Of a DNA stretch of 47,436 bases, positions 27,710 through 37,505 are shown piece after piece. Below the pieces are notes generated by a model, which searched no databases, had not been told where the DNA came from, and worked only from the letters and a program-made list of their open reading frames with translations. Every line of letters begins with the position of its first letter. Position 1 is the first letter of the stretch. The position numbers were made by a program, and so were the translations under genes. Source of the DNA: Myxococcota bacterium (lineage in GTDB: Bacteria > Myxococcota_C > UBA6777); the NCBI GenBank assembly GCA_023150835.1, contig JAKLKB010000037.1, positions 1 to 47,436 on the forward strand. The letters run 5' to 3'.

Positions 27710-29899
27710 TCAGCCGACAAAGTCTTTGGGGATCAAGGGTTGGTTTTTCATTAAGACGGCAAATTCATGGGCAGGAAGGGGAGGACTAAACAGGTAGCCT
27801 TGCAAGCGATCGCATTGGATGGAGCGGAGGTAGTTGAGTTGGCTGCGGTTGTGGACGCCTTCTGCGACCACCGTCAATCCGAGACTATGGGCTAAAGCAA
27901 CGATACCTTTGGTGATGGCGGAGTCTTCGGGCTTGTCGGTGAGATCCTTGATAAAGGATTGGTCTACTTTGAGGATCTGTACGGGGAAACGCTTGAGGTA
28001 GAGCAAGCTGGAGTATCCCGTACCAAAGTCGTCGATGGCGATATGAACGCCCATCGCGTGCAAAGCCCGCATTTTTTGGCGAGTCGCCTCTTCGTCTTGG
28101 AGAAAGATATTCTCGGTGATCTCCAGTTCGAGCAGCGAGGGATCAAAGCCCGTCTGTTCGAGGGTACGCGACACCACTTCGACAAAGTTGGCGCGCAAAA
28201 AATGCCACGGCGAGATGTTGACGGACACCATCAGACGGGGGAATCCTTCGGCTTGCCAGACCTTACATTGTCGACAGGCTTCTTGGAGCACCCACTCTCC
28301 GATCGCAACGATCAAGCCCATATCTTCGGCGATCGGGATAAAACGCGCAGGCGAGACCAGTCCAAGATCGGGGTGTTTCCAACGCAGCAACGCTTCCATC
28401 CCTGCGATACGATAATGCGTGGAAGCAGGCGTGGCATGGAGGGTTTGTTGCACCAAAAAGTTTACTGGGATCTCGTTAACGACCTTGACTTGGGGCTGAT
28501 AATACAACTCGAACTGCCCGCGCTCGATCGCCCGACGTAGGCTGTTTTCGAGGGCGAGTCGCTCAAACGCAGCCACGTTGAGCGCAGGTGTGTACAAGTG
28601 GAAGGTGTTTTTGCCTTGCTCTTTGGCTTCGTACATCGCGCTGTAGGCGTTTTTGAGTAGCGCCTGAAAGTCTTCGCCGTCGATCGGATAAAAACTGATG
28701 CCGATGCTTGCGGTCAAGAAAAGCTCGTGGCCGTCTTTTTCAAAGGGTTCTTCAAGGCTGCGCAGCAACATCTGTGCGCTCCGCACCGCAGCTTGGGGTT
28801 CTTTGAGCGAGGGTATCATCACGGCGAATTCGTCTCCACCGAGACGCGAGATGCTTTCGTCTTGGCGGATCGTTTCTTTGAGCCGTTCGGCGACGGAGAG
28901 CAACAATTGGTCGCCAGCGGAGTGGCTAAAGGTATCATTGATCCGCTGGAAACGATCGAGATCAAAGCAAAGCACCGCGACCATCTGACCCGTCTGTGCG
29001 GCTTGGAGGATGGCTTGGCGGAGGCGGTCTTGAAAGAGCAATCGATTGGGAAGCCCTGTGAGTGCGTCGTGTTGGGCAAGGTGTTCAAGGCGTTCAAGAC
29101 TGTACTGGAGTTTTTCTTCGGCTTCTTTGCGCTTGGTGACGTTGCGCGAGATGGATTGAAGCCCGACCACCTGATCCTCTTGATCCAAGATCGGTGAGAG
29201 CGTGGTCTCAAACCACTTGTATCCGCCCTCTCGCAAACGCGACCGCGACATCAACGTCACTTTTTGACCTTGAAGGACTTGCTCGTGCGAGCGTTGGATC
29301 ATGACCCGATCTTCGGGATGAAACAGCACATCATACAGGTTGACTCCGATCAACTCGGAGGGAGCAAACCCCAACAGCCGCTCGCACGACGGACTCACAT
29401 AACGAAACCGCCCATCCACGTAGTGCAACGCCACCATATCGCTTGCATGTTCCGTCACAAGACGAAAGAGCTGTTGCTCTTTGCGCAGTTGTTCGAGTTT
29501 TTCTTGTTCGAGGGTGATATCTTGCAAGACGCCATAAATCAAAACGGCGTCTGCATCGGTGGGATGCGGTTCGGTTTGTGTAAACAAGCGCATCCAACAC
29601 AAGGCGCGATCACGCAGATACGCCCGAAAGTCCAAACAACTGCGCGATCCGATCGGCAGATCCCGCAAAAAGCCTTCGACCAAGGGGCGCTCTTTTTCGT
29701 AGACCCAACGCAAGATCCGATCGGGATCATGCGCTCTCTCGCCCGCCTCAATGCTCTTCTGATGACGGTGATCTTTGAACCATAACAGCCCGATTTCCGC
29801 GCCTTTGCGATGAAACTCCATCGTGTACGCAGAGAGCAACCCTGCAAGCTTTTCGTAATGTGCGATCTGAGGTGTCGAGGGGCGTTTGTTTTCCGTCAT
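27710..29899 (-). CDS. PAS-GGDEF-EAL diguanylate cyclase/phosphodiesterase
   Basis: PAS (HPEDR), HDALTGLPNR, RLGGDEF, EALLRW, DDFGTGYSSL, LQGYLFS. Confidence 0.95.
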   Translation of the reverse strand: MTENKRPSTPQIAHYEKLAGLLSAYTMEFHRKGAEIGLLWFKDHRHQKSIEAGERAHDPDRILRWVYEKERPLVEGFLRDLPIGSRSCLDFRAYLRDRALCWMRLFTQTEPHPTDADAVLIYGVLQDITLEQEKLEQLRKEQQLFRLVTEHASDMVALHYVDGRFRYVSPSCERLLGFAPSELIGVNLYDVLFHPEDRVMIQRSHEQVLQGQKVTLMSRSRLREGGYKWFETTLSPILDQEDQVVGLQSISRNVTKRKEAEEKLQYSLERLEHLAQHDALTGLPNRLLFQDRLRQAILQAAQTGQMVAVLCFDLDRFQRINDTFSHSAGDQLLLSVAERLKETIRQDESISRLGGDEFAVMIPSLKEPQAAVRSAQMLLRSLEEPFEKDGHELFLTASIGISFYPIDGEDFQALLKNAYSAMYEAKEQGKNTFHLYTPALNVAAFERLALENSLRRAIERGQFELYYQPQVKVVNEIPVNFLVQQTLHATPASTHYRIAGMEALLRWKHPDLGLVSPARFIPIAEDMGLIVAIGEWVLQEACRQCKVWQAEGFPRLMVSVNISPWHFLRANFVEVVSRTLEQTGFDPSLLELEITENIFLQDEEATRQKMRALHAMGVHIAIDDFGTGYSSLLYLKRFPVQILKVDQSFIKDLTDKPEDSAITKGIVALAHSLGLTVVAEGVHNRSQLNYLRSIQCDRLQGYLFSPPLPAHEFAVLMKNQPLIPKDFVG

Positions 29900-29954
29900 G
29901 TTTTTGCACGCAGGCCGTTAGTGGTTTGTCAACAAAAGACACAAAAGAGCCGTG

Positions 29955-30728
29955 TTACCGCCCTTTCCAAGACGGCTCACGCTTTTCCATAAAGGCCGCG
30001 ATCCCCTCCATCGCATCTTCCGTTTGGATCAACTTATACAGGGCAGCCGCCAATTCTTCAACAGCTTCTTCAAAAGGACGTCCCGCGACCGCACGCATGG
30101 CGCGCTTGCCTTCTTGTTGCGCCAGCGGTCCGCCGCCCAACAGCGCCTTGAGCACGCCCTCCACCGCCTGATCCAAAGCCTCGGCAGGGACGACTTGGTT
30201 GACGAGATGGTACGCAAGCGCTTCTTGGGCGCTGAGGCGTTCACCACACAAGATCATCCGCATGGCGGCTTTGCGCGGCATCTGCTGCAAGATCAGCGGC
30301 GAGATCATCATCGGAAACAATCCCACACGCACTTCGGGCGTGCCGATCTTGGCGTCCTCTTGGGCGATCACGATATCACACGCCAACATCAAGCCCATGC
30401 CTCCCCCCAACGCAAGCCCATTGACCCGCGCCACCGTAGGCTTTGAAAACGATTGCATCGCTTGGAGCAGCTTGGCGTACGCTTTGGTTCCTGCGGTGGG
30501 ATCTTCCCCCCCCGAAAAACCAGACCCCAGATCCGCTCCTGACGAAAACGCCTTCTTTCCTGCACCCGTCAAACAAACCACGCGCACCGCTGGATCTTGC
30601 TCTAGCGACACAAACACCGAAAGCATCTCTGCGATCAAAGAATCACTTAACGCATTGCGCCGTTCTTCTCGGTTGATCGTCAACCATGCCACACCATCCG
30701 CACGCCGTTGACACAAAAGCTCTGTCAT
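29955..30728 (-). CDS. liuC: Enoyl-CoA hydratase/isomerase, probable methylglutaconyl-CoA hydratase
   Basis: RRNAL, AFSSGADL, GLALGGG, PEVRVG crotonase motifs; operon context (symbol assigned by context). Confidence 0.75.
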   Translation of the reverse strand: MTELLCQRRADGVAWLTINREERRNALSDSLIAEMLSVFVSLEQDPAVRVVCLTGAGKKAFSSGADLGSGFSGGEDPTAGTKAYAKLLQAMQSFSKPTVARVNGLALGGGMGLMLACDIVIAQEDAKIGTPEVRVGLFPMMISPLILQQMPRKAAMRMILCGERLSAQEALAYHLVNQVVPAEALDQAVEGVLKALLGGGPLAQQEGKRAMRAVAGRPFEEAVEELAAALYKLIQTEDAMEGIAAFMEKREPSWKGR

Positions 30729-30797
30729 ACCACTCTTCCCTCGAATTCTTTTGGTTCACACAAAAACTCTACCACACCACTCTTCCCTCGGATTATT
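30721..30797. repeat. Interrupted direct repeat, 30 bp x2, period 47, at a stop-RBS-start junction
   Basis: TCTGTCATACCACTCTTCCCTCGAATTCTT versus TCTACCACACCACTCTTCCCTCGGATTATT. Confidence 0.75.
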
Positions 30798-31293
30798 CGG
30801 GCTTTGTGGCTTCTGCAAAGTCCACCAGATGCTGACCTGCATTCACTTGATCGCCTTCTTTGACCAATATCTTTTGCACGACAGCTTCACGCGGCGCATA
30901 CAAGGTGGTTTCCATCTTCATCGCGCTCATCACCAACAACTCTTGATTCTTTTTGACCTGTTGGCCTTCTTTGACCAAGATCCGCACGATCACCCCGGGC
31001 ATCGGCGGCGTGACATGGGCTTGATCTCCGCCCGCCCCTCGCCCTCGACGACGTGAAGCGTCTTGAAGAGTGTAGGATTGTCCACGAAAGAACACCGTCT
31101 TTTCCGCAGGATCGCTGATCACGGCGAAGTGATGGCGCTTTCCATCCACCAACGCAGACAAACGCCGATCAGGCAGGCGCGTGGCTTCCACCTGATAATG
31201 GCGATCCCCCACCTGCATCACAAATCCGCCATCTTCGCGCTTTTTGACCAACACTTCGTGCGTCTCTTCACCCACTTTCACTTTGTACTGCAT
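30793..31293 (-). CDS. Biotin carboxyl carrier subunit of an acyl-CoA carboxylase
   Basis: PMPG..V..G..V and AMKME biotinylation motif. Confidence 0.9.
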   Translation of the reverse strand: MQYKVKVGEETHEVLVKKREDGGFVMQVGDRHYQVEATRLPDRRLSALVDGKRHHFAVISDPAEKTVFFRGQSYTLQDASRRRGRGAGGDQAHVTPPMPGVIVRILVKEGQQVKKNQELLVMSAMKMETTLYAPREAVVQKILVKEGDQVNAGQHLVDFAEATKPE

Positions 31294-31377
31294 CCCTGTT
31301 CCTTTCCACCTTCCAACCTACATCCGCGTGCGATACGCAGATCGACTCAATTTCCAAGACCACCGCTCTAGGGGTGA

Positions 31378-31490
31378 TACGATATCCGAGTGATGTGTAC
31401 ACAAAGGATCGTACACAGACGCCCTGTCATTGGGCAGCCACACCTGTCTGCCCCTACGCCTTTGCGGTAACACAACGGGCGGATTTCGTG
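31378..31490 (-). mobile_element. MITE-like family 1 element
   Basis: TGA|TACGATATCCG...GGGCAGCCACACCTGTCTGCCCCTAC...CGGATTTCGTG|TGA. Confidence 0.85.
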
Positions 31491-31493
31491 TGA

Positions 31494-31636
31494 CTTGTTG
31501 CCAAAAAAGCCGTGTTCGCGAATGCTCAAGCGACAGAGTTGTCTGTGTAAAAAACGATCGATCTCTTCGCCCCTCACGGGGTCAAGGGGACAAAGTTCCC
31601 TTGCGGGGTTTGGGGCAGCGCCCCAACAAACCAACC
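31494..31636 (-). mobile_element. Structured repeat family 2 element
   Basis: Homologous to 33270-33418 and 46699-46842; on the minus strand GGGGCGCTGCCCC, CAAGGG..CCCTTG, CCGTG..CACGG-CTTTTTT. Confidence 0.7.
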
Positions 31637-31667
31637 ATCCACTCCGAGGCTGTTCGCAAAAGCCCGA

Positions 31668-33173
31668 TTATTCGTTCATTCGCCAAGATCCAAGCGTCTG
31701 CCAAGGTGAAGGCGGCACGCCCTCTCCCCCGCCCGAGCGCGCACTTGCCGCGTTGTTTGCGGCAGGAAACATCTCATCCAAGACGTACGCAAGACAAGCC
31801 AGATCGACTTGGTCTTGTGAAGGCTGCCAGTTGGAAAAGTAATCCTTCAAAAAGTGCGTGCTGAGTTCTCCACGCCCAAAGGCTTCGTGTTGCATCACAT
31901 CGATCAGATAAGCTACAGGCGTTTGAATCCCCAAGACGGCGTACTGTCGCAAAGCCTCGATCATGCGTTCGCGTGCAGCTTGTCGGGTGGGTCCATGCGC
32001 GATCAGCTTCGCAAGGATCGGATCGTAGTACACAGGCACTTCGACTTCGGCGTAGACACCGATGTCGTGGCGGATCCCCGGACCTTGGGGCAGATGGATC
32101 TGGCGGATCTTTCCCGGACTGGGTGCAAAGCCGTGAGCAGGATCTTCGGCGTAGATCCGACACTCAAAAGCATGACCTTGGGCGCGGATATCTTGTTGTT
32201 GGAGCCTCAATGGTTGCCCTGCTGCGATCTCGATCTGCAAGCGCACCAGATCCAGCCCTGTGACGGCCTCTGTCACGGGATGCTCGACTTGCAAGCGCGT
32301 ATTCACTTCCAAGAAATAAAAATCGCGGGTTTGACCATCCAGCAAAAACTCGACCGTTCCGGCGTTGACGTAGCCTGTCGCCCGCACCACTTCGACCGCT
32401 GCCTCACCCATCCGATCACGCAACGCCTGATCCAAGATCGGCGAAGGCGTCTCCTCGATGATCTTCTGATAACGCCGCTGTATCGAGCATTCTCGTTCCA
32501 AAAGATGGATCGCATGGCCGTATTTGTCTGCGAGGATCTGGAACTCGATGTGGCGGGGTTGTGCGATGTACTTTTCAACGTACACTCGACTGTCGCCAAA
32601 GGCCGCCATCGCTTCGCTTGCGGCTTGTTTGCATGCAGCATCAAAGTCTTCTGGGCGCTCGACGATCCGCATCCCTTTTCCACCGCCGCCCGCTGCTGCT
32701 TTGATCAACACAGGATATCCCACCGCTGCCACCGCTTGTTTGGCTTCTTCGGGAGGTGTGCCTTCTAACAAAACCCCCGGAGTGACGGGAACACCTCGCG
32801 ATTGCATCAACGCACGCGCCACCAACTTGTCTCCAAGCTGATCGATCACTCCTGCCGATGGACCGATAAACACGATCCCTGCTTCTTCGCATGCCTTTGC
32901 AAAAGGCGCTCGTTCCGACAAAAACCCATACCCGGGATGGATCGCTTCGGCTCCTGTCTTGCGGGCCGCTTCGATGATCCGATCGATCCGCAGATAACTT
33001 GCTTGCGGCTCCGATTCACCGATGTATACGGCCTCATCCGCTTCCAAGACGTGCAAGGCTGCTTTGTCTGCCGCTGAATACACCGCAACCGTCGCGATCC
33101 CCATCACTTTGCAAGTGCGCATCACACGCACCGCGATCTCTCCTCGATTGGCTACCAAGATCTTGCGAAACAT
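31668..33173 (-). CDS. Biotin carboxylase subunit (methylcrotonyl-CoA carboxylase alpha-type, lacking the BCCP domain)
   Basis: KILVANRGEIA, HPGYGFLSE, GGGGKGM, ERECSIQRR, EVNTRLQVEH, YDPILAK. Confidence 0.9.
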   Translation of the reverse strand: MFRKILVANRGEIAVRVMRTCKVMGIATVAVYSAADKAALHVLEADEAVYIGESEPQASYLRIDRIIEAARKTGAEAIHPGYGFLSERAPFAKACEEAGIVFIGPSAGVIDQLGDKLVARALMQSRGVPVTPGVLLEGTPPEEAKQAVAAVGYPVLIKAAAGGGGKGMRIVERPEDFDAACKQAASEAMAAFGDSRVYVEKYIAQPRHIEFQILADKYGHAIHLLERECSIQRRYQKIIEETPSPILDQALRDRMGEAAVEVVRATGYVNAGTVEFLLDGQTRDFYFLEVNTRLQVEHPVTEAVTGLDLVRLQIEIAAGQPLRLQQQDIRAQGHAFECRIYAEDPAHGFAPSPGKIRQIHLPQGPGIRHDIGVYAEVEVPVYYDPILAKLIAHGPTRQAARERMIEALRQYAVLGIQTPVAYLIDVMQHEAFGRGELSTHFLKDYFSNWQPSQDQVDLACLAYVLDEMFPAANNAASARSGGGEGVPPSPWQTLGSWRMNE

Positions 33174-33269
33174 CCGCTTGTTGCTCCTCTTCTCGCGCTT
33201 CCTCGACTCGTCTTGCGCTGGCTTCTTAAACAAGAACATCCTCAAAACACGAAGCTCACGCCAAATTCA

Positions 33270-33418
33270 CTTGTCGACAAAAAACCCCGTGCTCGGGGAC
33301 GTTCGAGCGGCAGCACCGTGCATTTGAAAAACACCTGCTCGCTCCGCCGATACGGGGTCAAGGGAGCCGCGCTCCCTTGTGGGGCGTGGGGCAAAGCCCC
33401 ACCAAACCACCCGACAAG
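33270..33418 (-). mobile_element. Structured repeat family 2 element, apparently complete (149 bp)
   Basis: TCA|CTTGTCG...CGACAAG|TCA: 7-bp terminal inverted repeat with TCA duplication; internal hairpins. Confidence 0.75.
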
Positions 33419-33427
33419 TCAGTGCCA

Positions 33428-35041
33428 TTACATACGAAACACGCCAAATCCCGAATAATCGGGGATCTCTGCATTGAGCGCAGCCGCAAGCGAAAGCGCC
33501 AAGACCTCACGAGAACGGGCGGGATCCACCAAACCATCGTCCCACATCCGCGCCGTACTAAAATACGCGTTGCTCTCTTCCTCACTGGTTTCGACGGTAA
33601 ATTGGCGCAACCCCTCGACTTGATCGGGTGGAAGAGGCGGCTCGCCATCGCGCATCAACTGATCTTGTTTGACCGAGATCATCACGTCCGCAGCTTGTTC
33701 GCCCCCCATCACCGAGATCTGCGCATTCGGCCACATCCACAAAAATCGCGGACTGTAGGCTCGACCACACATCGCATAATTGCCCGCGCCAAACGAACCA
33801 CCCACCACCATCGTAATCTTCGGAACTTCGGCCAAGGACACCGCAGCCACCATCTTGTGGCCTTCTTTGGTGATGCCTTCTTTTTCGTACTTGCTGCCGA
33901 TAATGAAGCCGCTGATGTTTTGCAAAAAGATCAAGGGGATCTTGTCTCGGTTGCAAAGTTGAATGAACTGTGTTCCTTTGCGCGCACTTTCGGGGAACAA
34001 CACGCCGTTGTTCGCCAAGATCCCCACAGGATAGCCGTGAAGATAGGCCCAACCGCATACCAAGGTCGAGCCGTACATCGGCTTGAACTCCAAAAACTCG
34101 CTGCCATCGACGACGCGAGCGATCACTTCGCGGCAGTCGTAAGGGACACTCAGGCGCTCGGGGATGACGCCATAAAGCTCTTTGGGATCGTAGAGTGGGG
34201 GTTTGGGGGTGCGCATCGGCAAGGCGCATTTTTTGGTGGGCGGTAAGCGACTGACGATCTGCCGAACGAGGCGGATCGCATCCGCATCATCGTCCGCTGG
34301 AAAGTCCGAAACCCCCGATATCGCGCAATGTGTGTCTGCTCCCCCCAACTCTTCGGCGCTGACGATCTCGCCCGTAGCAGCGCGCACCAACGGCGGCCCC
34401 CCCAAAAACACGGCTCCTGTATTTCTCACATGCACCACATAGTCGGACATCGCAGGGATATACGCACCGCCTGCCGTGCAAAGGCCCATCACAGCGGTCA
34501 CTTGGGGAATGCCCATCTTAGACATCCATGCTTGGTTGTAAAAGATCCGTCCACCGTGTTGTGCATCCGGGAAAACTTCGGATTGCAGCGGTAGGAACGC
34601 TCCCCCTGAGTCGATCAGGTTGATGCAAGGAAGGCGGTTTTGCATCGCGATCTCTTGCAGACGCAAACTTTTTTTGACGCCCATCGGATAGATCGTACCG
34701 CCTTTGATCATCGCATCGTTGGCGTTGATCATCACTTCCCGCCCCTCGACGACGCCGATCCCACCGATGATTCCTGCGCTATACACGCGCTCGTCATACA
34801 TCTTCCAAGCCGCCAGCGCACCGATCTCCAAAAACGGGCTGTCTCGATCTAGCAGCAACCCCAAACGCTCTCGCACAGGGAGTTTCCCTTGGGAGACGTG
34901 TCGCTCATAAGCCTTTGGTGAGCGATCTTCGATCGCTGTTTGCAGTTCTTTGCGCATCCGCGCCACTTTTTTTTCCATCGCTTCTGCGTTGCGCTTGAAC
35001 TGGTCGCTGCTTGTGTCCACACGCGTCTCTAGAACATCCAT
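33428..35041 (-). CDS. liuB: Carboxyltransferase subunit, probable methylcrotonyl-CoA carboxylase beta
   Basis: DSGGAFLPLQ..FPD..GRIFYNQA, CTAGGAY, FLGGPPLV, GAGNYAMCGRAY, LWMWPNA, WDDG. Confidence 0.85.
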   Translation of the reverse strand: MDVLETRVDTSSDQFKRNAEAMEKKVARMRKELQTAIEDRSPKAYERHVSQGKLPVRERLGLLLDRDSPFLEIGALAAWKMYDERVYSAGIIGGIGVVEGREVMINANDAMIKGGTIYPMGVKKSLRLQEIAMQNRLPCINLIDSGGAFLPLQSEVFPDAQHGGRIFYNQAWMSKMGIPQVTAVMGLCTAGGAYIPAMSDYVVHVRNTGAVFLGGPPLVRAATGEIVSAEELGGADTHCAISGVSDFPADDDADAIRLVRQIVSRLPPTKKCALPMRTPKPPLYDPKELYGVIPERLSVPYDCREVIARVVDGSEFLEFKPMYGSTLVCGWAYLHGYPVGILANNGVLFPESARKGTQFIQLCNRDKIPLIFLQNISGFIIGSKYEKEGITKEGHKMVAAVSLAEVPKITMVVGGSFGAGNYAMCGRAYSPRFLWMWPNAQISVMGGEQAADVMISVKQDQLMRDGEPPLPPDQVEGLRQFTVETSEEESNAYFSTARMWDDGLVDPARSREVLALSLAAALNAEIPDYSGFGVFRM

Positions 35042-35189
35042 CGCCGCACCTCCGATCGCTTGTTGTCTTGGCCTTTGCGCAGTGTTGCCTTCTTCGGCTT
35101 TTCTGAACGCGAGGATTTCTTCACGGATTTGCCCGCGCTGTCAAGACAAAGCAACCGCTCGCTTGATTTTCCTCGGATTTACGCGATTG

Positions 35190-35245
35190 GTTTGCGTGAT
35201 GGGGCGCTGCCCCATACCCCGCTTCCTTAGCGCGAGGCTTTTTGC
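35190..35245 (+). repeat. Partial family 2 element
   Basis: GATGGGGCGCTGCCCCATACCCCGCTTCC matches the hairpin-1 end of the other copies. Confidence 0.55.
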
Positions 35246-35247
35246 GG

Positions 35248-35670
35248 TCAGTTGGGATCGCAAGGTCCGTCACAAGGCGAGGCGATCTGACCGCCTTCTT
35301 TGAGGAAGTCCACAAGAGTCTGGATCACGTTTTCGCGATCGCGGATATCAAAATGCACCGAATTCACGGGTGCAGGGATGTTGGCATCGGGCGGAAAAGG
35401 CGAAGGGCGCGGCCCAAATTGGAGATACCCCCATCCAGTCAACGGTCCAGTTTCTTGAGGAAGACCATACACAGGCTCAAACGCCGACACCAACGAGGGG
35501 ATCTGCATCGTACGCATCAGCAAGCGCGTGGTTAGGTTGTTCACAAGAGCATCACCGATGGCCTCGTGATACATGATGGTTTTGGCGGGGATACCGAGCT
35601 TTTGGGGTTCATTTTTGAGATAAGGAGCAAAGGTGATGGGGTCGATCTGATCAAAGAAGGGTTGAAGCAT
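35248..35670 (-). pseudogene. Probable C-terminal fragment of an alpha/beta-hydrolase-like protein
   Basis: FDQIDPITFA..HEAIGDALV..VH..R and C-terminal CDGPCDP; no nucleophile region; no RBS, starts directly after a tandem duplication. Confidence 0.5.
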
Positions 35671-35675
35671 GGCAA

Positions 35676-35740
35676 GATAGGAGTGGAAAGGGCCGACGCA
35701 TCGCGTCGATAGGAGTGGAAAGGAGCCGACGCATCGCGCC
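35676..35740. repeat. 32/33-bp tandem duplication, each unit with a hairpin
   Basis: GATAGGAGTGGAAAGG(A)GCCGACGCATCGCG(T/C)C x2. Confidence 0.85.
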
Positions 35741-35754
35741 GAGGTGTGAGGAGA

Positions 35755-37329
35755 TCAGATGCAGATCGATCCAACCCCGCTGATGCTGCGGCAAGCACCG
35801 TAGCTGATGCAGTAAGGTGCGCTACAGCTTCCGTTGGTACAGGTTTGTCCAGCAACACAGTCTTTGTCGGTGGTGCAAGTACCTTGGCAACGCTCGACGC
35901 AAACACCTGTTTCGCACTTTCCGCTGACACACTTGAGTCCTGTTGGACATTGCGCGTCGGTGGTGCAGGAATTCGACGAGGTGGTGCGCAAACATTGGTA
36001 TCCTTGCGTTGCACAGGGCTTGTTGTAATCGGAAGCAGGGCAAGATTGAAGACAGAAGCTGTCTCCTGTGCCTGCTCCTGTGCAGACCAACCCTTGGTTG
36101 CAGGCAACGGCTCCGCCGCATTTGGAAAACAGCGTACCTGCGGGACGATCCGCATTCAAGCAAGCGCCGCGTGTTGTGCCTGTTTGGGCAGGCTCGCACT
36201 GCGTACTTTTTCCCGGGACGATCGGGCACACCGTCAACGGGCCACCGACGACGCAGTTCTTATAGCAAACGGGCTTGGGATTGACAAAGCTGATCAACAA
36301 GCACGAATGACCGGCGATACAGCGTTGTTGGGCATCGGTGTTGTTGCATTCTTGACCGAGGGTCTTGGGTCCGGGTGCGGGGTCATGGCTCACCCACAGG
36401 ATCGCGCTGCTTGTGAGGTTGTTGTTGTTTTCGGCGACCACTTCCATCGGGAGGCTATCATAGGGCTTGCCGCTTGGATCGACGGTTGCTTTGTAAACGC
36501 CGTTGGTGCTGGAGGTCCAAGTCATGGTCGTACCATCCACATTGAGCTTGACCGAACCTGTCTTGACACCAGCGGGATCGGCTACGGTCACTTCGATATC
36601 AAATGCGGCGGAGACTGCGGCGTTTGCAGCGGGTTTCACAAACAGGATCTTGGGGCCTTTGTTGGAAAACTTGACGGTCACTTCGCTGAAACCTTGTTTG
36701 AGGCCTGTGCTAAAGGCGGTCGCTTTGATGCGGCGATCCCCATCATCGTAGGCTGAGGAGCTGATCTCGAAATCAAACGGACTGGTGGCTTTTTCGTCGA
36801 TCTTGTTGTTATCCACATAAACTTCGACGCGATCGATCGACAAGCCACCGCCAACCGTGGCATCTACCTTGAGCGTAAAACGCCCTGTCAACACCGCATT
36901 GGCCGCAGGTGCTGTGATCTTGACGACTGGATCAGGGCCCGTCGGTTCCGTGATCACTTCGGGCAAGCCTTCGGTCGTGGGTTCCGAGACCGCTTCTTCT
37001 TGCGCGGAACCATCGGCTTCTTTGATAGGCTCAACACCAGTTTTTTCTTCAGGTGTTGCAGATTCTTCGGGTGTAGCGGCCTCTTCGGGATTGCTGACAG
37101 GTTCTTCGGGAGTGGGTTCGCTGCTCGCGGGTTCTTCGGGGGTCGATTCGCTGCTCGCGGGTTCTTCGGGGGTCGATTCGCTGGTCTTTTCGGGCTGGGT
37201 CTCCACAAGACTCTCGTTGTCCGTCGGAGAAGGGCAGCCCATCGTCAGAGAAGTCAGCATGAACGCAAACAAAACAACAAACATCCAAGGCAACCATGAT
37301 CGCCATACATACATATACTTCCTCATCAT
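35755..37329 (-). CDS. Lipoprotein with PE-rich linker, two Ig-like domains and Cys-rich repeats
   Basis: Lipobox TMGC; STPEEPASSE repeats; VKITAP..VEVYVD..DG..IKATA Ig-like pattern; C-terminal Cys repeats; RBS AAGGAG. Confidence 0.85.
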   Translation of the reverse strand: MMRKYMYVWRSWLPWMFVVLFAFMLTSLTMGCPSPTDNESLVETQPEKTSESTPEEPASSESTPEEPASSEPTPEEPVSNPEEAATPEESATPEEKTGVEPIKEADGSAQEEAVSEPTTEGLPEVITEPTGPDPVVKITAPAANAVLTGRFTLKVDATVGGGLSIDRVEVYVDNNKIDEKATSPFDFEISSSAYDDGDRRIKATAFSTGLKQGFSEVTVKFSNKGPKILFVKPAANAAVSAAFDIEVTVADPAGVKTGSVKLNVDGTTMTWTSSTNGVYKATVDPSGKPYDSLPMEVVAENNNNLTSSAILWVSHDPAPGPKTLGQECNNTDAQQRCIAGHSCLLISFVNPKPVCYKNCVVGGPLTVCPIVPGKSTQCEPAQTGTTRGACLNADRPAGTLFSKCGGAVACNQGLVCTGAGTGDSFCLQSCPASDYNKPCATQGYQCLRTTSSNSCTTDAQCPTGLKCVSGKCETGVCVERCQGTCTTDKDCVAGQTCTNGSCSAPYCISYGACRSISGVGSICI

Positions 37330-37505
37330 CAAACACGTCTCCTTCGGGGTATCCGTGCCGTCGTGCGGTGGACGGCTCCTTCAAAACACAGAGGCTTCAG
37401 AGTATGGTATGTTGGCTTTTCCGTCAACACAGCGTTGTCTTTCGTTCGTCCACAAAAGCGCTGCCCTTGGCGCGCTGCTCTCGGTATGTTGGGAAGGGAA
37501 ATTGT

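Noticed and set aside
35720-35757. Selenocysteine read-through with a SECIS hairpin
   Set aside because: The protein ends like its paralog-type neighbour at 4677-6830, the hairpin belongs to a tandem duplication, and no selenoprotein motif surrounds the TGA.
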